A DNA stretch of 64,000 bases from an uncultured Actinomycetes bacterium (GCA_963734825.1 CAVTIQ010000004.1:28535-92534), one strand, 5' to 3'; positions 9,518 through 18,963 are shown, counted from the stretch's first letter. The notes: generated by a model from the letters alone, not told the origin. Translations and numbers: made by a program.

Positions 9518-9894
9518 GGAAGCACCGCCTCGACTTCCATCTCGAGTTTCCACGCTGGATCCAGGAGCGATGCGATCACGGTCGTGTTCACGGGTCGCAC
9601 CTCGGCGAACGCCTCGCCGTGCGCGCGTGCGACGCCCTCGAAGTGAACGGGATCGGTGAGGTAGATGCGCGTTCGTACGACGTGCTCGAGCCCGGACCCG
9701 GCGCGCTCGAGCGCCTCCCCGACGATCCGGAGACAGAGGCGCGCCTGCTCGTAGGCGTCGTCGGGAGGAGGCGAGCCGTCCGCCGGGATGGGCGCCGTCC
9801 CGGCGACGTGCACTCGGTCGCCTGCGACCACTGCCCGCGAGTAGCCCATGACCTTCTCGTACGGCGAGTGACCGGTGATCAGGCGGCGTTCCAT
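9514..9894 (-). CDS. RidA/YjgF family reactive-intermediate deaminase-like protein
   Basis: Internal ATG of track ORF 9514..10128: MERRLITGHSPYEKVMGYSRAVVAGDRVHVAGT...VVRTRIYLTD...RPVNTTV. About 126 aa, typical of the family. Confidence 0.8.
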   Translation of the reverse strand: MERRLITGHSPYEKVMGYSRAVVAGDRVHVAGTAPIPADGSPPPDDAYEQARLCLRIVGEALERAGSGLEHVVRTRIYLTDPVHFEGVARAHGEAFAEVRPVNTTVIASLLDPAWKLEMEVEAVLP

Positions 9895-9916
9895 GAGAGG
9901 GCTAGTATCGCGCCGC

Positions 9917-10723
9917 GTGAAGGCCCTCCGCCAGATCGACGGCTGGCCCGTGCCGTTCGCCGCTGCCGGCGCTCTCACGACCGAGGGACGCCCGGAGACG
10001 CACGGCGACGCCGGCCGCCACCTGCGCCTGGCTTCCGTGTCGAAGCCGGTTGCGGCCCTCGCGGTGCTCGTAGCTGCAGAGGAAGGAGTCGTCGACCTCG
10101 ACGAGCCGACCGGACCGCCGGGCTCCACCGTCCGTCACCTCCTCGCGCACGCGTCGGGCCTCCCGTTCGAGGGAACGACGCCGATCGCGCCCCCCGGGCG
10201 GCGGCGGATCTACTCGAACGAAGGCTTCCGCATGCTGGGTGCGCACCTGGCCGCCCGAGCCGAGATGCCCTTCGCCGACTACGTTCGCGCCGCCGTCTGC
10301 GAGCCGCTCGGGATCGGGCTCGATCCCTCTGGCGATCCTGGCTCCGGGATGCACGCCTCGCTCACGGACGTCCTCGCGATCGGGCGCGAGCTACTCGCGC
10401 CGACGATTCTCGCGGAGGAGACGCTCGCGGAGATGGTCGCCGTCCAGTTCCCCGGACTGTCGGGCGTGCTGCCCGACTGGGGTCGCTTCGAGCCGCTCGA
10501 CTGGGGGCTCGGCGTGCAGATCAACACGCGCCCGGCCTCGTGGATGGGTACGAGGCTCTCGCCGCGGGCGTTCGGCCACTTCGGCGGCTCCGGGACCTTC
10601 CTGTGGGTCGATCCCGACGTGGGAGTTGCTTGTGCCGCTCTCTCGAATCGGGAGTTCGGCGACTGGGCGAAGGCGGCGTGGCCGGTTCTCTCGGACGCCG
10701 TCCTCGGCGAGCTTCGCCCCTAG
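9917..10723 (+). CDS. serine hydrolase, beta-lactamase-related (class C/PBP4*-like)
   Basis: LASVSKPV (SxxK) and YSNEGF (YxN). The start is uncertain: the track gives 9875, an ATG lies at 9893, and I chose the GTG at 9917 to avoid overlapping the divergent RidA start. Confidence 0.7.
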   Translation: MKALRQIDGWPVPFAAAGALTTEGRPETHGDAGRHLRLASVSKPVAALAVLVAAEEGVVDLDEPTGPPGSTVRHLLAHASGLPFEGTTPIAPPGRRRIYSNEGFRMLGAHLAARAEMPFADYVRAAVCEPLGIGLDPSGDPGSGMHASLTDVLAIGRELLAPTILAEETLAEMVAVQFPGLSGVLPDWGRFEPLDWGLGVQINTRPASWMGTRLSPRAFGHFGGSGTFLWVDPDVGVACAALSNREFGDWAKAAWPVLSDAVLGELRP

Positions 10724-11091
10724 TCCGCGAACAGCGGACGGATGTGCTCGTCGAACGCCTCGGCGTCACAGCTCGCGACGACACAGGGGGTCATGGCCGT
10801 GACCGTTGCCGTTCGGGGAACACCCATGGCCAGCGCGACCTCCCCGAAATACTCGCCGGCGCGGAGAACACCCCGCTGGCCGAGCGCCGACTGCGATACC
10901 GCCGCCACGCCCGAGAGCAGCACGAAGAAGCGGTCCCCGGGGTCGCCTTCTCGGACGAGCACGGTTCCAGCTGCGACCTCCTCACGCCGCATGCAGTCGG
11001 CGAGCTTCCCGAGGGTCTCTCCCGGGAGCGCCGACAGCAGCCCGACACGGCCGAGCTCGGTCACGTTCGCCGGAACGTGTCGCGGAGACAT
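10720..11091 (-). CDS. stand-alone cyclic-nucleotide-binding domain protein
   Basis: LVREGDPGDRFFVLLSG...GEYFGEVALAMGVPRTATVTA is the cNMP-binding signature (FGE...RTA). Internal ATG at 11091 chosen; the track extension upstream is Arg/Pro-rich. Confidence 0.7.
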   Translation of the reverse strand: MSPRHVPANVTELGRVGLLSALPGETLGKLADCMRREEVAAGTVLVREGDPGDRFFVLLSGVAAVSQSALGQRGVLRAGEYFGEVALAMGVPRTATVTAMTPCVVASCDAEAFDEHIRPLFAD

Positions 11092-11110
11092 CGGCGGGTA
11101 CGGTACCGGC

Positions 11111-11626
11111 GTGGGATTCCTGGCCGGGTGGCGCTCATGTCCACGGTGCGCCGGGGAATTGCACGGAGACGATCGGCGCGCGGAGTGCAAGACCTGTGGG
11201 TCCGTCTACTACGCTCACTCCGCCCCGGCGGTCGCAGCGTTAATCGTGGACGATCAGGGCCGCGTGCTCCTGGCCCGGCGTGCGTATGAGCCTGACGCGG
11301 ATCTCTGGGACGTACTCGGCGGCTTCCTCGAGGAAGGCGAGGATCCGCTCGACGGACTGCGGCGGGAGCTCCTAGAGGAGACAGGCGTCGAGATCGAGCC
11401 CGACGGCTTCCTCGGCACGTTCATCGATACCTATGGCGACGGGCCGACGGCTGCCTACGTGCTCAACCTCGCCTGGCGGGCGCAGATCGTCGCGGGAGAG
11501 CTGCTCGCCGCAGACGACGTCGCGGAGCTCCGCTGGTTCTCGGCCGACGAGTTGCCGCGCCCCGAGGAGTGCGCCTTCCGCTGGGTGGCGCCGTTCCTCG
11601 CCCGCCACGCAAGACCGGCCCCCTGA
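11111..11626 (+). CDS. NUDIX hydrolase with N-terminal zinc ribbon (NudC-like layout)
   Basis: CPRCAGEL...CKTCG zinc ribbon followed by the Nudix box GGFLEEGEDPLDGLRRELLEETG. GTG at 11111 is in frame with track ORF 10742..11626. Confidence 0.8.
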   Translation: MGFLAGWRSCPRCAGELHGDDRRAECKTCGSVYYAHSAPAVAALIVDDQGRVLLARRAYEPDADLWDVLGGFLEEGEDPLDGLRRELLEETGVEIEPDGFLGTFIDTYGDGPTAAYVLNLAWRAQIVAGELLAADDVAELRWFSADELPRPEECAFRWVAPFLARHARPAP

Positions 11627-11644
11627 GGTGTCCTTCGAAGGGGA

Positions 11645-11672
11645 CTGATGGGCCGGTTGCCCGGCCCATCAG
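11645..11672. terminator. bidirectional hairpin between convergent NUDIX and trxA genes
   Basis: Perfect 12-bp stem CTGATGGGCCGG/CCGGCCCATCAG with loop TTGC. Confidence 0.65.
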
Positions 11673-11761
11673 TTAGGGGAGGGGGAGGGGGAAGCCTCGA
11701 ACAAACTTCCTGCAAAGCGTTCCTACCAGGTTATGCGACCCGGCGGAAGGACTACTGAGGC

Positions 11762-12088
11762 TCAGGCGACGAGCTCGGTGAGCCCGAGCATCCGCTCGAG
11801 CGCCGACTTCGGCTGTGCGCCGACTGCGGCTGCCGCAGGTGCGCCGTCCTTGAAGAGGATCATCGTCGGGATCGACATGACCCCGTACTTGACCGAGAGA
11901 GCTTGCTCGTCGTCGATGTTCACCTTCACGAGCTTCAGCTCGTCCTTGCGCTCCTCGACGATCTTCTCGAGCACTGGGGCGACGGCATGGCACGGTCCGC
12001 ACCATTCCGCCCAGAAGTCCACGAGTACCGCCTTGTCCGATGTGAGGACTTCCTGCTCGAACGTCGCCTCGGTTACGTCGATTGCCAT
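11762..12088 (-). CDS. trxA: thioredoxin
   Basis: MAIDVTEATFEQEVL...VLVDFWAEWCGPCHAVAP...VMSIPTMILFKDG. WCGPC active site. 108 aa from the internal ATG at 12088. Confidence 0.92.
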   Translation of the reverse strand: MAIDVTEATFEQEVLTSDKAVLVDFWAEWCGPCHAVAPVLEKIVEERKDELKLVKVNIDDEQALSVKYGVMSIPTMILFKDGAPAAAAVGAQPKSALERMLGLTELVA

Positions 12089-12180
12089 TCGTTCCTTTCC
12101 GTATTCACACGTTCGTCTTCGACAGCAAGACCCTAAACGACCGCGACCCGGCTCTTGTTCCCAGTTCCTAGACTGACGCC

Positions 12181-15100
12181 GTGCCTCCGATCTTCGCACC
12201 ACTCCCGGACAAGCCGGATCACGACGCGCTCGAGCGCGAGATTCTCGACGTCTGGAAGCGCGACGGGACGTTCGAGAAGCTTCGCGAGCAGAACCGCGGC
12301 GGGCCGAGGTTCAGCTTCGTGGACGGGCCCGTCACGGCGAACAAGACGCTCGCCGTGCACACGGCGTGGGGCCGGACGCTCAAGGACGTCTTTCAGCGCT
12401 ACAAGGCCATGCGGGGATTCGAGCAGCGGTACCAGAACGGCTTCGACTGCCAGGGGCTCTGGATCGAGGTGGGCGTTGAGCGCGAGCTCGGGCTCAACTC
12501 GAAGCCGGAGATCGAGGAGTACGGCCTGGCCGAGTTCGCGCGCCGTTGCCGGGAGAAGGTGATCTGGTCGGCGACGGAGCTGACCCGCGGCTGCGAGCGG
12601 CTCGGGCAGTGGATGGACTGGGGAAACGACTACTTCACCTTCTCGGACACCAACATCGAGTACATCTGGCGCTTCCTCAAGCTCATGCACGAGCAGAACC
12701 GCCTCTACCAGGGCCATCGCTCGACGGAGTGGTGCCCACGTTGTGGCACGTCCATCTCGCAGCACGAGCTCTCGCAAAGCGGCGTCTACCAGGACAAGAC
12801 GGATCCGTCGCTGTTCGTACGGTTGCCGCTCCGCGATCGGCCCGGAGAGTCGCTCGTCGTCTGGACGACCACTCCCTGGACGCTGCCCGCCAACGTCGCT
12901 GCCGCGGTGAAGCCGGACGCCGAGTACGTCCTGAAGTCGAACGGAGAGTGGGTTGCGCGTGCGCTCGCGCCGGACGCGACTACGGAGCGAACGGCGCTCG
13001 GCGCAGAGCTCGTCGGCCTCGAGTACGAGGGACCCTTCGACCATCTGCCTGCCGTCCAGGGAACGGAGCATCGAGTCATCCCCTGGGACGACGTCACACT
13101 CGACGAAGGCACGGGAATCGTGCACATCGCCCCGGGCTGTGGCGGCGAGGACTTCGAGCTCTCGAAGGTGCACGACCTACGCGTCCTCACGCCGGTCGAC
13201 GAGTCGGGGCGCTTCTACGACGACTACGGCTGGCTCCACGGTCTCAGTACCGTCGAGGCTTCGGACCAGATCACGGCGGAGCTCGGCGAGCGAGGTCGGC
13301 TCGTGGCCGCGGAGCAGATCGTCCACCGCTACCCGCACTGCTGGCGTTGCGACACGCCGCTCATCTTCCGGATCACCGACGACTGGTTCATCGCCGTCGA
13401 CGGGCTTCGTCCCGCCCTGCTGGAGGCGAACGCAACCGTGGAGTGGACGCCCGCCTACATGGGCAAGCGCATGGACGACTGGCTGCGGAACATGGGGGAT
13501 TGGAACATCTCGCGCCGTCGGTATTACGGACTGCCGCTTCCGATCTATGAGTGCGCGTGCGGCCACGTCACTCTGGTGGGCTCCAAGGCCGAGCTCGCGG
13601 AGCGGGCGGTATCAGGGCTCGACCAACTCGAGGAGCTGCGCCGTCCGTGGGTGGACGAGGTCCCGATTCGCTGCGAAGCGTGCGGGGAGACGGTGCGCCG
13701 GATTCCAGAGGTCGGCGATGTGTGGCTGGACGCGGGCATCGTCCCGTTCTCCACGCTCGGATGGGAGAGCCCCGAGTACGTCCCGCAGGGGTACGCGACC
13801 GGCGCCGCGAAGGGGCTGACGACCGCGGATCTACCCGACCACGCGTACTGGGAGGACTGGTTCCCTGCCGACTGGGTGACCGAGATGCGCGAGCAGATCC
13901 GGCTCTGGTTCTACTCGCAGCTGCTCATGTCCGTGGCTCTCGTCGGCCGCGCTCCGTTCCGCAAGGTGCTCGGCTACGAGAAGATGCTGGACGAGCACGG
14001 CCGGGAGATGCACGGCTCCTGGGGGAACATGATCGAGGCGGAGGACGCGTTCACCCGCATGGGAGCCGACGTCATGCGCTGGCAGTACTGCGGGCAGCCG
14101 CCGAACCAGAACCTCCTCTTCGGCTTCGGGCCGGCACACGAGATCAGACGCCGCCTGCTCACACTCTGGAACTCCGTCAGGTTCCTCGTCGACTACGCCA
14201 ACATCGAGGGCTGGACGCCGACGTGGAGCGAGCTCGAGAGTGGTCCGGCGGGCGAGCTCCAGCCTCTCGACCGGTGGCTCGTCGCCCGCACGGATGCATT
14301 CGTCGCGGAGGCGACAGCCGGGTACGAGGACTGGCTCACCGTGAACGTCGTCCGTGCCTTCGAGTCATTCGTCGACGACGTGTCCAACTGGTACATCCGC
14401 CGCTCCCGACGCCGCTTCTACGGTCGAGCGGGAGGCTACGAAGGCGACGTCACCGCGTTTCGGGTCCTCTGGTACGCGCTCGTCCAGGGCATTCGCGCCG
14501 TCTCCCCGCTCATGCCGTTCCTGACCGATCACCTGTGGCGCGTGCTCACGGCTCCGTGTGCGGATGCACCGTCGTCTGTTCACCTCGCCGGCTGGCCGGA
14601 GCCCTCGGCACCCGACGACGATCTCCTGAAAGAGGTCGCCGAGCTTCGCCGGGTCGTGGAGCTCGGCCGTCAGGCCCGCTCGGGAACGGGGGTCAACCTC
14701 CGCCAGCCGCTGCGTTCGCTCGTCGTCGAAGGAGCGCCACTCGCCGCGTCGCACGCGGGCGAGATCGCCGAGGAGCTCCGGGTGAAGCAGGTCTCGTTCG
14801 GCTCGGTCGACGCGAGCGAGTTGCGCGTGAAGCCGAATCTGCCTGTGCTCGGGCCGAAGCTCGGACGGGCGCTCCAGGACGTGCGTCTCGCGCTCGAGTC
14901 GGGTGACTTCGAAGAGCTTCCCGGTGGCGGCTTTCGCGCAGCGGGCCATGACCTCGGGCCGAACGAGGTGCTCGTCGAGCGGCACGGCAAGGAAGGCTGG
15001 GCCGTGGCAGCCGCCGACGGCGTAACCGTTGCGCTCGAGCTCTCACTCGACGAGGAGTTGGAGCGCGAGGGTCGCGTCTACGAGCTGATCCACGCCGTGA

Positions 15101-15267
15101 ACACGATGCGGAAGGCTGCGGGGCTCGAGCTCACCGACCGCATCGTGCTGACGCTGCCGGAAGACGACACCGACCTTCTCGTCCACGCGGACTGGGTCGC
15201 TCGCGAGACCCTCGCCGGCTCCGTCGAGGCTCGTGGCTCGGAGCTCGTGATCGAGAGATCGGAGTGA
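12181..15267 (+). CDS. ileS: isoleucine--tRNA ligase (type 2 / actinobacterial form)
   Basis: 1028 aa, uninterrupted. PVTANKTLAVHTAWGRTLKD (HIGH-region equivalent), WTTTPWTLPAN, CWRCDTPL, and a C-terminal tRNA-binding region. Confidence 0.95.
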   Translation: MPPIFAPLPDKPDHDALEREILDVWKRDGTFEKLREQNRGGPRFSFVDGPVTANKTLAVHTAWGRTLKDVFQRYKAMRGFEQRYQNGFDCQGLWIEVGVERELGLNSKPEIEEYGLAEFARRCREKVIWSATELTRGCERLGQWMDWGNDYFTFSDTNIEYIWRFLKLMHEQNRLYQGHRSTEWCPRCGTSISQHELSQSGVYQDKTDPSLFVRLPLRDRPGESLVVWTTTPWTLPANVAAAVKPDAEYVLKSNGEWVARALAPDATTERTALGAELVGLEYEGPFDHLPAVQGTEHRVIPWDDVTLDEGTGIVHIAPGCGGEDFELSKVHDLRVLTPVDESGRFYDDYGWLHGLSTVEASDQITAELGERGRLVAAEQIVHRYPHCWRCDTPLIFRITDDWFIAVDGLRPALLEANATVEWTPAYMGKRMDDWLRNMGDWNISRRRYYGLPLPIYECACGHVTLVGSKAELAERAVSGLDQLEELRRPWVDEVPIRCEACGETVRRIPEVGDVWLDAGIVPFSTLGWESPEYVPQGYATGAAKGLTTADLPDHAYWEDWFPADWVTEMREQIRLWFYSQLLMSVALVGRAPFRKVLGYEKMLDEHGREMHGSWGNMIEAEDAFTRMGADVMRWQYCGQPPNQNLLFGFGPAHEIRRRLLTLWNSVRFLVDYANIEGWTPTWSELESGPAGELQPLDRWLVARTDAFVAEATAGYEDWLTVNVVRAFESFVDDVSNWYIRRSRRRFYGRAGGYEGDVTAFRVLWYALVQGIRAVSPLMPFLTDHLWRVLTAPCADAPSSVHLAGWPEPSAPDDDLLKEVAELRRVVELGRQARSGTGVNLRQPLRSLVVEGAPLAASHAGEIAEELRVKQVSFGSVDASELRVKPNLPVLGPKLGRALQDVRLALESGDFEELPGGGFRAAGHDLGPNEVLVERHGKEGWAVAAADGVTVALELSLDEELEREGRVYELIHAVNTMRKAAGLELTDRIVLTLPEDDTDLLVHADWVARETLAGSVEARGSELVIERSE

Positions 15268-15611
15268 GCGAGCACGAGGCGCTACTGCGGAACGCGTACA
15301 TCGCCTTCAACGCACGCGACATCGACAGCGCCTTGGCGCTCATGCATCCAGACGTCGACTGGCCGAACGGCATGGAGGGTGGACGCGAGGTCGGCCACGA
15401 CGCCGTTCGTGCCTACTGGAAGCGGCAGTTCCTGGTCCTCGTGTCACACGTGGAGCCGCAGAGCTTCGAGAGCGATGCCCAGGGTCGGGTCGTCGTCCAG
15501 GTCCATCAGGTCGTCCACAACGTCTGCGGCGAGCCCGTCTCGGACCGCGAGGTCCAGCATGCCTACACCGTCCGCGACGGTCTCATCGAGCGGATGGACA
15601 TCCTCGACTAG
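15264..15611 (+). CDS. NTF2-like (SnoaL/DUF4440-type) small protein
   Basis: 115 aa. The YIAFNARDIDSALALMHPDVDWPN pattern is typical of SnoaL-like folds. GTGA overlap with the ileS stop. Confidence 0.55.
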   Translation: MSEHEALLRNAYIAFNARDIDSALALMHPDVDWPNGMEGGREVGHDAVRAYWKRQFLVLVSHVEPQSFESDAQGRVVVQVHQVVHNVCGEPVSDREVQHAYTVRDGLIERMDILD

Positions 15612-16399
15612 CGCCTGCGGCCCAGCACGAGCAGGTACTCGCGCTCGTGGATCACGCCGTCATCCGTGCGATGGTTCTCCTCGAAGTACTCGACCCAGTC
15701 CCTCCGGAGCTCATCGCTCCGGTCGCCGATCGCCTCGACGAGTGTCTTGGTCGGGCCGTAGGACGTCGAGAACAGCTCCCAGTAATCCTCGCCGGAGTCG
15801 AGGTGAAGCGGCGAGACGTGCGTCTCGAGCTCGAGGTCGAAGCTTCCTCCGAGGAGCTCGGTGACTCGCTGCTCGTCACCCCAGTCGAAGGGACTGCTCG
15901 GCGGCGGAGACGGCTGGTACTTCCCCATGATCTTGAAGAGCTCGGAGAGCCCCCCGCTCGCCGGCGTCCAGTTGGCGAGAGCGATGCGTCCACCCGGCGC
16001 CGTCACCCGGGCGAGCTCTCCCGCGACGGCTTCGTGGTCCGGGGCGAACATCACGCCGCATGTCGACGAGACGACGTCGAAGCTGCCGTCCGCGAGCTCG
16101 AGTCGCTCGCAGTCGCCCACGAAGTACTCGATCTCCAGACCGCGCTCGTCCGCCCGTGCCTTCGCGGTCTCGATGAGGGCCGGCGCCAGATCGACCCCCG
16201 TCACGCTCGCGCCCGCGTCGGCGGCTCGCTCGGCAACGGCGCCGGTGCCGGTGGCAAGGTCGAGCCAGCGCTTGCCCGGCTCTGGGTCCAGGCGCTCGAC
16301 GATCTGTTCGTGGATGTCGATGATCGTCTCGGTGATGCGCTGGTACGGGCCGTTGCCCCAGACGACGCTCTGTCGCGCCTTCAGCTCTTCGTACGCCAT
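15608..16399 (-). CDS. class I SAM-dependent methyltransferase
   Basis: WLDLATGTGAVA (motif I), VTGVDLAP, GSFDVVSSTCGVMF, APGGRIALANW. Confidence 0.8.
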   Translation of the reverse strand: MAYEELKARQSVVWGNGPYQRITETIIDIHEQIVERLDPEPGKRWLDLATGTGAVAERAADAGASVTGVDLAPALIETAKARADERGLEIEYFVGDCERLELADGSFDVVSSTCGVMFAPDHEAVAGELARVTAPGGRIALANWTPASGGLSELFKIMGKYQPSPPPSSPFDWGDEQRVTELLGGSFDLELETHVSPLHLDSGEDYWELFSTSYGPTKTLVEAIGDRSDELRRDWVEYFEENHRTDDGVIHEREYLLVLGRRR

Positions 16400-16469
16400 G
16401 CCTGTTCCCTCCTTTGAAGACCGTGGTTCTCCTCGACCTCAGGACGACGCTCCGCCGCAATTTCTTCCG

Positions 16470-17423
16470 TTACCCACTCTGCGCGAGCTCGAGCTCGCGG
16501 CGGAGCTCGATCGGGAGGCGGAACGTCACGTCCTCCTCGACCAGCCGGTACGGCTCGATGTCGGTCACCCCGCGTGCGCGGAACCAGTCGCAGACTCGGG
16601 TTACGAGCTTCTCGGGCGCCGACGCCCCCGAGGTGATCCCGACCGTCTGCGCCCCTTCGAGCCACGTCTCGTCGATCTCCGACTCGTCGTCGATCAGGTA
16701 CGCGGCGGTACCGGCGGCGCGCGCCGTCTCGACGAGCCGGTTCGAGTTCGACGAGTTCGCCGAGCCGATCACGAGCAGCACCTCGATCTCCGGGAGCATC
16801 TCCTTCACGGCCCATTGCCGGTTGGAGGTCGCGTAGCAGATGTCCTCCTTACGCGGTGCCCGTATGTCCGGGAACCGTTGCCGCAACGTGGTGATGATCT
16901 CGGCGGTCTCGTCGACCGAGAGCGTCGTCTGGGTCACGTACGCGAGCTTCGAGCCCGCCGGGAGTGAAAGCGCCAACGCCTCCTCGACCGTCTGGACGAG
17001 AACCGTCGCATCGGGCGCCTCGCCCATCGTCCCGACGACCTCCTCGTGCCCTTCGTGGCCGATGAGGACGACGGTGTAGCCGTCGTCGGCGTAGCGCCGC
17101 GCCTGGACGTGCACCTTGGTCACGAGCGGGCAGACGGCGTCGATGACGTTGTGCTCCAGGCGCGCCGAGTTCTGGAACACGGTGGGAGCGACTCCGTGTG
17201 CCGAGTAGACGACGGTGGCACCCGCCGGAACCTCCGTCTCCTCCTCCACGAAGATCGCCCCGCGCGCTTCGAGATCGCGGACGACATGGATGTTGTGGAC
17301 GATCTGCTTGCGCACGTAGACGGGGGCGCCGTAGTGGTCGAGCGCCTTCTCCACCGTTTCGACCGCGCGCTCGACCCCGGCGCAATAGCCGCGGGGCGAG
17401 GCGAGGAGAACCTTCGTCACCAC
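16470..17423 (-). CDS. ispH: 4-hydroxy-3-methylbut-2-enyl diphosphate reductase
   Basis: KVLLASPRGYCAGVERAV...VYVRKQIVHN...SAHGVAP...CPLVTKVH...IGHEGHEEV. GTG start at 17423 (or 17420), just below the upstream stop at 17434. Confidence 0.9.
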   Translation of the reverse strand: MVTKVLLASPRGYCAGVERAVETVEKALDHYGAPVYVRKQIVHNIHVVRDLEARGAIFVEEETEVPAGATVVYSAHGVAPTVFQNSARLEHNVIDAVCPLVTKVHVQARRYADDGYTVVLIGHEGHEEVVGTMGEAPDATVLVQTVEEALALSLPAGSKLAYVTQTTLSVDETAEIITTLRQRFPDIRAPRKEDICYATSNRQWAVKEMLPEIEVLLVIGSANSSNSNRLVETARAAGTAAYLIDDESEIDETWLEGAQTVGITSGASAPEKLVTRVCDWFRARGVTDIEPYRLVEEDVTFRLPIELRRELELAQSG

Positions 17424-17433
17424 TCGGAACAGG

Positions 17434-18381
17434 CTAGCGGGCCGACTGGGCCAGGAAGATGCCCGCGAGCACGATCGCGCCTCCGACGAGCTGCATCGCT
17501 CCCAGGGTCTCGCCGAGCCAGAGCCAGGCGATGACGGTCGCCACGACCGGCTCGAGTGTTGCAACGATCGAGGCGCGAGTCGCGTTGATGTGGCGAAGTG
17601 CCCCGGTGAGAAGCGAGAACGTGATCATCGTGCCGACGATGACGATGAAGCCGACGAGGACCCAGACCGGGCTGGAGTACTCCGAGAGGTTCCCCTGGAG
17701 CGAGACGGTGTCGTCGAGAACGCCCCACGGGAACTGCCAGAGCGGTTGGACGATCGCCCACAAGAGCGCGGCGAAGAGGAAGCCGTAGAACGAGAGCGAG
17801 GCCGGATCCCGGTGTCGACGCTCCCGCTCGGCCATGAGGAGGTAGACCGTGAGCGCGATTGCCCCGCCGAACGCGGCGGTGACGCCGACCGTGCTGAACG
17901 CGACTCCGGTCCAGAGCTCGACGACGAGCGTGAGACCGGTGAGGCAGAGGGCGACGGCCACCCAGATCCGCCGCCGGATCTGCTCCTTGTAGACGAACCG
18001 CGCGAAGAGCGCGACGAAGAGTGGCGCGGTGAACTCGATGAGCAGTGCGACGCCGACCGGCAGGTTGTGGATCGCCACGAAGTAGAGCCACTGGACGAAG
18101 GCCACGCCGATGAGCCCGAAGACGAGGAGGAACAGAAGCTCGCGCCGACCCACGCGAAGGCGTGATGGCGCGAACACGAGGAGGAACGCGAGGAAGCCGA
18201 GCGTGGCGCAGGTCGCGCGGATCTGTGCGAGCTCGAGGGAGGAGAGCCCGGACTCGAGGACGACCTTGGAGACGCTGCCGTTGACGGCGAAGAGCGTCGC
18301 GGCGCTTGCCACCATCGCGTACCCGAGCGTCGTGCGGTCGTCGGGCGTCTCCTCCGGCAGCAAGGTGGGGGCGTCGACCAT
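17434..18381 (-). CDS. EamA/DMT-superfamily transporter
   Basis: 315 aa, about 10 TM segments with two-fold internal repetition typical of EamA domains. Confidence 0.8.
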   Translation of the reverse strand: MVDAPTLLPEETPDDRTTLGYAMVASAATLFAVNGSVSKVVLESGLSSLELAQIRATCATLGFLAFLLVFAPSRLRVGRRELLFLLVFGLIGVAFVQWLYFVAIHNLPVGVALLIEFTAPLFVALFARFVYKEQIRRRIWVAVALCLTGLTLVVELWTGVAFSTVGVTAAFGGAIALTVYLLMAERERRHRDPASLSFYGFLFAALLWAIVQPLWQFPWGVLDDTVSLQGNLSEYSSPVWVLVGFIVIVGTMITFSLLTGALRHINATRASIVATLEPVVATVIAWLWLGETLGAMQLVGGAIVLAGIFLAQSAR

Positions 18382-18458
18382 CGGGCGAGGCTACCGGGCG
18401 CATGTGCTGGCCCGTTGGTCTTGGATCCACTGTCCGATCTGATGTCTAGAGTGACAAC

Positions 18459-18866
18459 GTGGAGAGGCGATGCAGCAGATGCAACCAGCGCAAGTGTCTC
18501 GCTGAGTTTCATCGCTCCCGTGGTGGGCACCAGACGTGGTGCAAGGCGTGCCGTCGTGAGTATGACTCTGAGTACTGGCGGCGCACGCGCGTCGAACGGA
18601 TTCAGAAGCGCAAGATGCACCGTCGCGAGTTACTTGCATGGTATCGAGGCCTCAAGCAGGGAAGGCCGTGTGCTGACTGTGGCGGCACCTTCCATCACAC
18701 CGCCATGCACTGGGATCACCTCCCTGGAGAGACGAAGAGGCGAGAGATAAGCAACATGGTCCTACGGGGGTTCCGGCGTGGAACGATCCTGGAGGAGATA
18801 GCCAAGTGCGAGTTGGTCTGCGCGAACTGCCATGCTGTGCGCACGTTCGCGCGCAACGGGGTGTAG
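18459..18866 (+). CDS. free-standing HNH (His-Me finger) endonuclease-like protein with N-terminal Cys4 ribbon
   Basis: CSRCNQRK...WCKACRREY, then CADCGG..HHTAMHWDH...KCELVCANCHAVRT (HNH/CxxC pairs). Codon usage is visibly AT-richer than the neighbours (AGA, AGT, TAT, TGT). The stop TAG lies inside tRNA-Pro. Confidence 0.7.
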   Translation: MERRCSRCNQRKCLAEFHRSRGGHQTWCKACRREYDSEYWRRTRVERIQKRKMHRRELLAWYRGLKQGRPCADCGGTFHHTAMHWDHLPGETKRREISNMVLRGFRRGTILEEIAKCELVCANCHAVRTFARNGV

Positions 18867-18930
18867 CTCAGCCTGGTAGAGCGCTGCGTTTGGGACGCAG
18901 AGGTCGCGGGTTCAGATCCCGCCGCCCCGA
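18857..18930 (+). tRNA. tRNA-Pro (anticodon TGG)
   Basis: Hand-folded cloverleaf: CGGGGTG/CGCCCCG acceptor, GCTC..GAGC D stem, CTGCG-TTTGGGA-CGCAG anticodon arm, GCGGG-TTCAGAT-CCCGC T arm. 74 nt, no encoded CCA. Confidence 0.9.
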
Positions 18931-18933
18931 TAC

Positions 18934-18963
18934 GAAGAAGCCCCGCAAGTGCGGGGCTTCTTC
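18934..18963. terminator. hairpin shared by tRNA-Pro (+) and the convergent MIP channel gene (-)
   Basis: GAAGAAGCCCCGC-AAGT-GCGGGGCTTCTTC, a 13-bp perfect stem followed by TCT. Confidence 0.7.

Noticed and set aside
11674-11693. G-quadruplex on the plus strand (GGGGAGGGGGAGGGGG)
   Set aside because: Only three G-runs of three or more are present. A canonical intramolecular G4 needs four. I report the tract as a C-rich element on the trxA strand instead.
12089-12180. T-box riboswitch upstream of ileS
   Set aside because: Only 92 nt separate the trxA start from the ileS start. That is too short for a T-box leader, and I could find no specifier loop or T-box sequence (AANNNGGGTGNTACCGCG-like).
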